Virus record (IMG/VR): IMGVR_UViG_3300032303_001834
Location: 1 to 34,431 of that record
Direction: 5' to 3' (one strand)
Origin: a virus
Lineage: Duplodnaviria; Caudoviricetes
DNA length: 34,431 nt
The number at the start of each line of letters is the position of its first letter. Position 1 is the stretch's first letter. This document shows positions 17,911 to 29,900 of this stretch, one piece after another. The translations under genes and the position numbers were made by a program. The notes under the pieces are model-generated. The model had not been told where the DNA came from. It worked only from the letters and a program-made list of their open reading frames with translations, and did not search any database.

Positions 17911-20900
17911 ATGGCCACAAAAATAAGAACTCTAGATTTTCTCCCAGAGATATTTCAAACTCCTACTAACGCTCAATTCTTAGCAGCAACACTAGACCAA
18001 CTAGTTGCACAACCTTCTGTTGAAAGAATTCAGGGATATATTGGTACTAGAGTTGGATATGGAATTAATGCTAAAGATTATTATGTAACTGAACCAACAA
18101 AAGTTAGAACAGATTACCAACTTGATCCTGGTGTTGTGTTTAGAAAAACCAATCAAGATGTTGCACAAGATTTCATAAGCTATCCTGGAATATTAGATGC
18201 TCTTAAATTAGAAGGTGGGATAACAAATAATAATAATCGACTTTTTAATAGCGAATTTTATTCTTGGGATTCATTCACTAATTTAGACACAAATGTTAAC
18301 TTTCATCAGTATTACTGGTTACCTGAGGGTCTTCCCCCAGTAGTAGTAACATCTGCAACCGCTTATTCATCTGAGCAATATTACGTTATTGATGGCTCAA
18401 ACTCTTATCAAATCACCACAGAGCCTACAGGGACTTCATTAGGAAATCCAACTTTAACTCTATTACGCGGGGGCACTTACACATTTACCGTAAACCAAAA
18501 AACTCAGTTTTGGATTCAGGGCCAACCAGGAACTACTGGATATAGCATTACTCAACCAAATGTACAAACTAGAGATGTATTGGGTGTTGTTAATAATGGT
18601 GCTACTACAGGTGTTGTGACTTTTACTGTACCTGCTAAAAACGCACAAGATGAATATAATTTACCAGGTAATAACACAGTAGGTGTAGTAAGCACATTGC
18701 CTTTTTCTCAAATAGATGGTAGTTATTTAAACACATTGAATGACATTGATGGAGTAACTTCACTCAACGGATTAACTGTTATGTTTTACAATACAGGTAA
18801 TCCAAATGAAATGGCGTATGGTCAGTTAGTAAGCGCACAATTTTTCACAATCAATTATATTGGATCAACTTCTAATCCACAATTACAACTTACCCCTGCT
18901 ACCAGTATACCAACTAATCAAAAGATTACCGCACAATATGGTACTAATTATTCAGGTAGACAGTTTTTTAGAAATACAGCAACCATTGTTACATTAATAC
19001 CTTACTTAAGTGCTGAGTTAGATACTCTTTATTATCAAGATGGTACTTCAAGTGATAAAGTAGGGATGATTAGACTTATTGACAGTAATACGACTGATAC
19101 AATTGATGTTGTGACTGAAATATTAGGTAAGACAACTTATACATCTCCCAACGGTGTCGCGTTTACAAATGGATTGAAAGTTCAATTTCAAGGTAATATA
19201 ACCCCTGAAGCATATACAGTTGAAGATTTTTATGTTGAGGGTGTGGGTACGGCAATAGAACTTATTCCTGTATCAAGTCTTATAGTTCCTGAATCTTTTT
19301 CTACAAGCGTGTACTTACCCTATGACTCAACACCATGGGATATTGGTGGTTGGTCCGGTAAACCTTTTATACCAACGGATCCTGATTATATCACTATAGC
19401 TAGAAATGCACTAAGCAAAAATGCTTGGTCTAGAAGCAATAGATGGTTTCATATTGATGTTATTAGAGCAACTGCTGAATACAACAATGATCCTACCATA
19501 TTATTTTATGCATCACAGGATTATAAAGCCAAAAGACCCATAATTGAATTTTATCCAAACCTAAGATTATTTGATTCGGGTACTGAAGGCAAAGAGCCAT
19601 TAAATTTCATTGATTTTCGTACCACCGATCCTCTATTACTAGTATCAGGGCAACAAAATTATTATCCTGATGTTCAGGTATATACCGATTATGCCGCTAG
19701 AATTGATACAACTAATTATACAAGTTCACGTACCGCTACCGCAACTAATGGTCTCACTGATGAAATTACATGCGGCAGTACTTCAGGATTTAGAGTTAAC
19801 GATTTAGTAAGATTTACTATTAGCTCAGGAGCAGTGTTTGGTAATATTGTTGCAGGTGAATATTACTATATTTCAGAAGTAGTTAGCAGTACTAAATTTA
19901 CAGTTTCAGAAATCAAAGGTGGAAATCTAGTAGACCTTTCTACTGGCACTGGAACAATGCAATTTTACTGGACACCACAAAGTACAGTGATAACCATTGC
20001 AGCTAGTGATGTAACAGGTACTTTCAAAGTAGGTCAATACATAACTGATTCTACTAATTTACTTCCACCTGAAACACAAATTTCTTCGGTATCAGGAACA
20101 ACTACTATAACTCTAGAGGTAATATGGGATACTGTATCATACAGTTTCTTTGCAGGTACAAGTGTAGCTTCTTTAATATCAGTTCCTCAGCCAGTTAATA
20201 ATTATGCGTTGTTCAATGGATCTAGAGTGGTATTTGCTGCTGCTACAGATCCCAATGTTCGTGACAAGATTTATATCGCTAGATATTCTGTAATATCAGG
20301 TTCAACTCCCGTGCTTACATTGAGCGAAGCACCAAATGGCGAGATACTAGTCGGTGATCAATCAGTTATACTTAGTGGTTACAACTATGCAGGAACAAGC
20401 TTTTGGTATGATGGTTTGGAATGGCTTCAAGCACAACAAAAAAATACAGTAAATCAGCCACCTTTGTTTGACGTATTTGATGAAAATGGTATTAGCTTTG
20501 GTGACAAAGCAGTATATGTTGGTAGCTCATTTATAGGTAGTAAATTATTTGCATATGGTATTGGTACAGGAACAAAAGATTCAGTTTTGGGATTCCCTAT
20601 CAGATATAGTACTGTAGCTAACATTGGTGATATTAGCTTTGATGTATCAATTAATACCGATACCTTTGATTATGTAAGTAATTCTCAACCAATAAATCAG
20701 AAGGTTAATACTGGTTATGTTTATAACTATCAAACTAGAAATCTTTATAACAGAGAATTAGGTTGGCAAACAGCGGTATCACCTAGTATTCAATATCAAG
20801 TATTTGAATTTGATTATTATGTCACAAATCCTCAAGTATTGTTTACGTGTGACGTTGCAGTAAATTCTACTACTTCTACCAATTGGCCTGTTATTAAAGT

Positions 20901-23900
20901 ATTGATAAACAATATTATATTGCCTAGCACTGATTACGAATACATTGTAGCTAGTAATTCCACAATTGTAAACATATTTTCTACTATTCCAACTGACACC
21001 GTTGTACAAATTTTAATCTTCAGTGATCAGGTAAGTGCTACCGCATATTACAGTATTCCTATTAATTTAAGTAACAACCCACTTAATACCAATTTAGAAA
21101 TAGCCAATGTAGGTGATATTAAAAATCAATATCAAACTATATACTATAATAATCCAAATACCTCAGGTGAAGTCTTTGGGCCAAACAATTATAGAGACTT
21201 GGGCAATTTAGTTCCATGGGGAGATAGAATAATACAAAATAGCGCCTCACTAGCATTAGTGGGTGCGTTCTTAAGAAAACCAAATCAAAATGTATTCAAT
21301 GCATTGATGTTCAATAGCAGAGAATATATTAAATTTAAGACATTATTAGTAGACACTGTTAATAATACAGACTATGCTCAAAGATTTAATCCATCAACTA
21401 TATTAGATGATGCACTAACTAAGATTAATCAAGTTAAGATTCAATCTCAGCCATTCTTTTGGAGTGACATGATCCCATCAAAGTCACCCTATATTATTAA
21501 TAGTTATACATATACTACGCCATCTATCGCTCCTACTTACCCATTAAGTAAAGTTTATAACTTCTCTACTGCTAATTATTCAGGTGTATTAGTTTATCTT
21601 TCTACCACTATATCTAACGTACCTATAACCAAACAATTGGTTACTAATGTTGATTATGTTATTAGCACTTCTACACCTTCACTAACAATTATATCTTCTT
21701 TACAAAACGGGGATGTAATTACAATTAAAGAATACAATCAAACATATGGTAGTTATATTCCAAATACTCCTACTAAATTGGGTCTATATCCTGCATTTAT
21801 TCCCGAAGTAGTATTAGATTCAGATTATGCCCAGCCTACATATTTTATTAGAGGTCATGATGGTTCATATAATAAGTTATATGGAAAATATGATCCTGTA
21901 CTAGGAGTATTAGTAGACTTTAGAGATCAGGCTCTATTGGAATTTGAACTAAGAGTTTACAATAACTTGAAATTAAGTACCAGTGTTCCTATATCGCAAT
22001 ACGACATTATACCTGGATTCTTTAGAGAAACTGCATTTACTAATAGTGAAATTTTAGAAATCTATAGTAAAATGTTTTTAAATTGGGTAGGACAAAATAG
22101 AATTGATTATAAGAAGCAGTTATTCAACAAAAACGATCAATTTACATTTAACTATTATCAAAGTGGCAATAAGATAGATCAAGAACCTATCTATCAGGGT
22201 TATTGGCGTGGGGTATACCAGTGGTATTATGATACTACTACCCCTAACTTAACTCCGTGGGAAATGTTAGGTTTTCAAGAACAACCAAGTTGGTGGGCCT
22301 CTAGATATGGTCCAGCACCGTATACCAGTAACAACTTGATTCTTTGGAATGATTTAGCAGAGGGTATTAATTGGAACAACGGTAATCCAATAGTATTACC
22401 ACAATTCGTAAGACCTGAATTATTACAAGTGATTCCAGTTAATAGTGCAGGTAAATTATTATCACCGTTTGATGCAATTGTTGGTAACTACACTGCTTCC
22501 ACATTCCAACATGATTGGAAAGTTGGTGACGAAGGCCCTGCTGAATTAAGTTATCGCAGAAGCAGTTCTTGGCCATTTGATTTAATGAGAATATATGCCC
22601 TAACTGAGCCTGCTAAATTCTTTAATCTATGTGCTGATCTAGACAATTACAAATTCAACACTGAATTTAATCAGTACTTGGTTAATAATCGCAGTCACTT
22701 GGTCCCTGCAGATATTCAGGTCTATGGTACAGGTACACCCAAAACAAGTTACATGAATTGGGTAGTTGATTATGAAAAACAATTGGGTGTAGATGCCACA
22801 CAAAACATAATTGACTTGTTAAACAATATTGATGTTAGATTAGTTTATAGAGTGGCTGGATTTACAGATAAGAATCTAGTTAATTTTTATGTAGAAAAAG
22901 CAACACCAAATAGTACCAATGCTAGCCTATTAATTCCTGACGCAAGTTATCAAGTTCTATTATATGATAACCAACCTTTTGATAGAATAATTTATAGTTC
23001 TGTTATTGTTCAGATAACAAGTGAAGGATACTTGGTATTTGGTAATTCTCAAACACAAGCCTATTTTACTACTCTTAAACCAAAATTCACAGGAATAAAT
23101 GAAGTAGTTACTGTAGAAACCCTAACTGTTAAACTTGCCACTGATTATTCCAATGAAGAAGTAATCGTGCCCTATGGCACATTATTCTATACTGTACAAG
23201 AAGTTGCTCAATTCCTAACTAGCTACGGCGCATATTTACAGGCTCATGGCATGGTGTTTGATGAAATTCTATCTGGTATAGAAGTCACTTGGAATCAAAT
23301 GGTATCTGAGTTTTTATACTGGGTTCAATTGGGTTGGGAAAATGGTAGCTTAGAAACCATTAATCCAGCTGCTGGATACTTAAAAATCAACAGAGATGGA
23401 TATCTAGTACAACCTCTTACTATACGCCAAGAAAACTTTGTTTTAAATCAAAACTTATATCCTATTCAATCTACTGATTTAAATGTTCTTAGAGATGGTA
23501 CGCTATTCCTTGCTCGTCCAGTAAACAATGGGGATTCACTATCATATGGTCAATTTAATATAGCTAGTCTAGAAGATGGCGTTGTATTCAATAACGTTAC
23601 ATTATTTGATGACGTTATCTATGATTTGATAACTGGATCTAGACAGCTTAGAATTTATGTCAGAGGCAGTAAAACCGCTGCTTGGGACGGTACTCTTACT
23701 GCATCAGGATTTATTCTTAACCAAGATAATATACTACAGTGGAACAAAGATGTAACTTATACTAAAGGGAGTATTGTACTTTATAAGAATAAGTATTGGG
23801 TAGCATTAAGAATAGTGCAACCAAGTGCTACCTTTAATGAACAGAATTGGAGAAAAACTGAATACGATCAAATTCAAAAAGGACTATTGCCAAATTCCAG

Positions 23901-26900
23901 CACTAGATCCTATGAAAGCACTCTTTATTATGATAGTACTAAAGCTAACATAGAAGAAGATGCTGATTTATTGAGTTTCTCTTTGATCGGATATCGTCCA
24001 AGAGATTATCTAACAACCGTAGATTTAACTGAAATCACTCAAATTAATGTTTATAAAAACTTAATTAAAAACAAAGGTACTCTAAATGCGGCTAGTGCAT
24101 TCAAAGGCGCCAATCTACCACAGGGCGGAATAGATTATGACATTTATGAAAATTGGGCTATCAAAGCAGGCGAGTTTGGTGGAGTATTAAATACCAACTT
24201 TGTAGAATTTAAGATTAGTGAAAGCTTAATGACTGGTGATCCAAGTATTGTTGCTCTTACCAATGGTGCACCAACTCCAGGTGCCGAACAAGAAATACCA
24301 TTGTATTCTCTATTCAATTATGGCCGAGCAATTAATAGTCCTGACATTCTAGAAACCACTGCAATTAATCAGCCGTCTACTTTGTATCCTGATGCAGGTT
24401 ATGTTAATTATAATGATGTTAGAATGTCAAGTTATTTTTATTCTAACCTACCAACTGCCGTAAATCAAAATGGTATATTAATTCCTTTATCTGAATTTTA
24501 TGTAAGAGAGTATGTTTGGATAGCGAATTATCTAGGTACTTGGCAAGTATATACTCCTGCATCTATTGGGCCAATAACTCAGGCTTTAAATAACCTAAAT
24601 GGTACCGTTACAATTACATTTAGCAATCAGCATAATTTGTCACAATACAATATCTTTGCTATCATTAATCTCAATCCTGCTATTAACGGGTACTACATTG
24701 CAACATATATCGTTGATCCATTTAGAGTAATAATTAATTTAAATCTAGACCCTAATATTAGAAATGCTACAGGGCTAGGTGTAGGATTACGTTTCCAAAC
24801 TCAACGGGTAGCTACTCCTGCTGATATTAATAACTTAAACTTACTGAATTCAGAGTTCATTAAAAACACTGTATGGGTTGATACATATTCCACCGGTGAT
24901 TGGGCAGTTTTAAGAAAGAGTATCAATTATCAATATGAACAAGAATTCAATAAATTAAATAGCTCAACTTATGGTAGTGCAGTCGCAACTGACACACAGT
25001 TAGGTTATTTAGTCGGCGATAGTGGAGTAGGAGAAGTATATAGATATACTTACAATGAAGTTTTACAAACTTATCAACTAGTGCAGACTATTACTGGCAA
25101 TAGGTCATTTGGTACTACTATTAGTCACGCAGGTGATTTATATGTAATATCAGAGCCAACTACTAATTATAGCTTTTCGGTAAATCCATCTAGATGGGAT
25201 TGGGATATATCAGCAGAAGGTGGAACACATAGCTTTACAGTAACACCAAGTAGTTGGACTTGGAATATATCGTCCTTAAGTGGACCAATTACCACACCTA
25301 CTTTAACATCTACTTTAACATCTACTTTAACATCTACTTTAACATCTACTTTAACATCTACAACAAATTCTACGCCTGCAGTTTACCTATACATACTAGA
25401 AAACAATGTATTATCAGATGACTTGATATTATATCAAAATCCAATTACCGCGCCGAATAATACAAAAAGTTGGGGAGCTGCTACTGCGATATCAGGTGAT
25501 AAGAATTGGCTTTATATTTCTGATTATGACAATAATTCTGTATATGTTTACAGAAGAAACAATGTTTCAACACCAGCCGGATTTTTTATAGTAGGGCAAA
25601 CTTATACTATTACTGACTTGGGCACTACAGATTTTACCCTAGTAGGTGCTACTAATAACATTGTAGGGTTATCTTTTATAGCAACTGGAGTTGGATCAGG
25701 TACTGGTGCAACAACAAATACAACATATAGATACATAACAGTTATTGACGGTAACGAATTATCGTTGACTACTTCAGTAGGAGATAACTTTGGTTATTCA
25801 ATCTCTACCGATTATTATGGTCAAACAGTAACAATTGGTGCACCTGGTCAAACTATAAACTCAATTACCGATTCAGGTGCAGCTTATCTTTTTAGCAGGA
25901 CTGTGCAAAATGTAGAAGTTCAAGTAAACACTACCCCGGGTTTTCCTCAAGTATTTAGATTGGGATGGTCCCCTGTGACTGCTAGAACTGCTGTTTTTCA
26001 AACATCTAGTTCTAGCAATACCATTACATGCGCTGCTAGCACTAGGAGATTTCATGTTAATGATCCTGTTATATTCTACGGTACAGTTTACCCTAATAGT
26101 AATATATCATTTAACCAAATTTACTATATTCATAGCATAGTAAATGACACTACATTTAGGATTAAAGTTAGCAGAGAACAACTTAATCCATATCAATTGA
26201 CTAATTCAAATGGTAATGGAATGATTGTTAGTGTGCAAACTGTTCCGATTTACGTTTCCTTAAATGGGACTATAGTTGCTGATAATCAATATGGTATGGT
26301 AGGAAGCTTATTATATTATGTAGGTACATTAACAGCAGGTGATATTATCAACGTTAGTGGAAATAAGTTTACTTACTTCCAACAATTAACCAATCCAAAT
26401 AATTATACAATTGGTTCACAATTTGGATTAGCCTGTGCTAATAATTTACAATCAACTGAAATTTTAGTAAGTGCTCCGTTTCAGATTAATAATCAAGTAG
26501 AAGAAGGTGGTATATTTAGATATACTAATGGCGGTACTAGTTATGGTCAAATATTTGGTACATCAACTTGTAATGTTACGGCGACTACTCCTATTTTATT
26601 AAATGGTTATTTGGTTCTAATACCTGAAGGTAACGCTACAGCGGTAGCCGCAGCAATTAATTCTAATAAAGTTACTAATATTACTGCTAGTACTAGTGGT
26701 AGTAATAATGAATACTTGGTTATTTCGTTAATAAATCAAGACTTGGCAATACCCAATGCAAGTCTTAGTATTGCTGTCTTTAATATTAATACCCTAAGTG
26801 AATTAGGAATAACTGTTTATACACAAACACAAACTATTAGTAGTCCTCATTTAGGTGAGCGTAATCAGTTTGGTACTACTATTAAATTTAATGAACAGAA

Positions 26901-29900
26901 TTCGTTCGTAGCCAGCGCTCCAGTTGGTTCACGCTATAGCAGTACTACTTTTGATTTTACAGATGATGAAAATTATACTAATGACACTGTATTTGATAAT
27001 AATGCAACTCAGTGGATAGATGTATTTGTTAATGCTGGTGCGGTGTATATGTTTGACTACTTGTCAGTGTATAATGAAAACATTAATAATACTGGTGACT
27101 ATGTCCTTGCACAGGATGCTAATGCTAGAAATATTAATTATGGTAAGCAGCCATATTATGGTACTGCACTTGATTTTAATAACTATTCAGTAATAGTTGG
27201 TGCACCACTATTCAGACCCGATTATGTAAATGGACAGGTTATTACTTTCTTAAATTCTAGTGGAGAAAAAGATTGGTCTCTTTATAGAAGCTCCTCACCT
27301 GTAGTTGATATAAATCGTGTGCAAAATGCTCAATTGTTTAGCGCACTTACCAATGAAACATTAATCAACTTAGATTATATAGATCCTCTCCAAGGTAAAT
27401 TACTTGGTGCAGTAAGTGAAAACATAGATTATGTTTCCAATGTTGATCCGGCACATTATAATAATCAAAATAATTTGAAATGGGGAGTTACCAATATTGG
27501 TCAATTATGGTTCAACACTACTAATGTTAGATTTATAAATTATCATCAAAATGATTTAGTTTATAACAGCCAATATTGGGGTACAATATTTCCTGGTAGT
27601 GATGTTGCAGTATACTCTTGGATTTCAAGTAGTGACTTGCCTATAAATTATCAGGGACCAGGCACACCATATGATGTAAATTTATATTGCACTCAATTTG
27701 ATTTAAATGCCAATAATCTTTTAACACCAGTATATTTCTATTGGGTTAGAAATACAAATATTATCTTCTCCCAAGTTGGAAATACTCTAGCAGATTCAAT
27801 TATTGAAACATATATCAGATCTCCTAAGAACTCAGGCATCGGTTATTTTGCACCTCTGTTACCAAACACATTTGCATTGTATAACTCTGGTGAGTATATC
27901 AACGTAAATGATTCGGTATTCCATATTGGATATTCCACTGGTACAAATGATGATGTTGGGCATACATCATATGACCTGATTAGAGCTAATTATACTGATG
28001 ACTTTTTATCAGGATTGCCGCATTACGGTGCTAATGTCGAGCCTGAATACTTGTACAGAAGATTCTTAGCTAGTATGTCCGGTGTAGATGATTCAGGTCA
28101 AGTCGTACCTGATCCATTCCTACCGATAGCAGTTCGTTCAGGTGTTCAAGTGAGACCTAGACAAAGCTTCTTCTTATTCAGATTATTAGCTGTAAAAAAT
28201 TATTTGCAGTATGCTAATGAAATTCTAGCACAGTTCCCGATTATAGAACTGAGACCGCAGGCAACATTCTTGCATAAATCAGGTCCTTTTTACAATACAG
28301 CAGATTATTGGGAATATGTAAATTGGTGGGCTACTGGATATGACAATAATACTAAAGCATCAGTTCAAGTACCTTTGTATTCTGATTTATCCACCCTTTC
28401 TGTAGCATTTGGTACAATCGCTGAAGTAACTACAAATGGTAATGGTAATTCTGAAACTTACATTTATACTGTAGATGGAGTTTGGGTTAGAATTGGCTTG
28501 ACCAATGGTACAATTGCATTTAAGTCATCACTATGGGATTATGCAGGAGCTAACACTGGATTTGGTGGTAACTATTTTGATACAACTCCATATGATCAGT
28601 ATCCTTCAACAGAAACTTATTATATTCTTAGGGCATTAAACGAACAGATTTATATTGATGATTTTGCAATCTACCGAAACAAGAGTTTGATTCTTACATT
28701 TGAATATATTGTTGCAGAAACGGCCGAAACACAAAATTATCTACCGTGGCTTAATAAAACTTCATTAGTTGACGTAACTCATACCCTCAGAGAGTTGAAG
28801 CCATATGAAGTGTTTAGCTCAGATAACCAAGACTTTCTATATGGTTACTTAAACGAAGTTAAGCCTTATCATGTGGTGTTTAAAGAATTTTTGTTCAAGT
28901 ATACTAAAACAGAACCATACTTAATGAATGTCACTGACTTTGATTTACCTGCTCAATATGTTGCTGGTGACGCTCAATTTATTTCGCCTGAGTTGGTTTA
29001 TAGTAATCCAAGTGGCGATAGTCAATTCTTACCTGAGAATCCGATTTGGAATCAACAGGAATACACTCAGTGGTATCAGAATTATGGGCTGTCTTTTACA
29101 GGTCAAAATGATTTTAATATCGCTAGACTAGAATCTTATATTTCAATTAATACAACTGAAATTGCGGTATCTAATATCAGTGGGTTTCCTATCGCCGGTA
29201 CTATCAAAATAGGTACTGAATTAATTTCATATGAAACTGTAAATCTTGAGACATATACTTTAAGTGGACTGTCAAGGGGATTAAATGGTACTACAATTAG
29301 TAATCATTTACCAGGTGAATTAGTTTACATTGACTTGCCATCGGTACTAGTAGTGTACGGTGCTCATAGTTACACAGAACCTCCTAAAGTTACAGCATAT
29401 ATTGATACCTCAATCTATCCAAAGCCCCGTATACCTGCTGTATTTGCAGCGGTGATGAACGTAGATTCGGTGTTAGAAATTCAAGTAATTAATCCTGGCT
29501 CAGGGTATGCTGTACTACCAACAATCGTAGTTGATCCCGCCGAAACATACACTTTTGGTAGTGGTGCAGTTAACATTATTTTAAACACTATCACATTAGC
29601 GGCTCCAAACTTAGTTACAGGTGATCAAGTACAATACGAAGTTGGCGTAGCTACAACTGCAATTGGACCTTTAGTAGACGGGGAATGGTATTATGTGAAT
29701 GTATTATCCAGTACACCAGTAACTACTATTGCACTGTATACAAGCTATGATGATGCCATCAATGACAACTTTAGAATTAATTTTACTAGTACAGGTACTG
29801 GTTCTAGTCAATCTCTGAATTTAGGTGCTAGAGCATTTGCAATTACAAATTCAACACCTGTAAGAGAAAATATCATTACTATGCGTTTTGACAGAACCTC

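Larger units (their letters stand above)
24960..27240 (+). repeat. FG-GAP / beta-propeller-like blade repeats within the giant ORF
   Basis: YGSAVATD, FGTTISHAG, WGAATAISGD..WLYIS, FGYSISTD...VTIGAPG...SGAAYLF, FGLACA...ILVSAP, FGTTIKF...FVASAP, NAGAVYMF, YGTALDF...VIVGAP. Confidence 0.65.

Noticed and set aside
25171-25271. DGR template/variable repeat pair
   Set aside because: Nine of ten mismatches involve an A, but in both directions. The copies are short, tandem and both coding, and no reverse transcriptase is present in the window.
25298-25361. CRISPR array
   Set aside because: The 12-bp units are contiguous with no spacers and lie in frame within a CDS.
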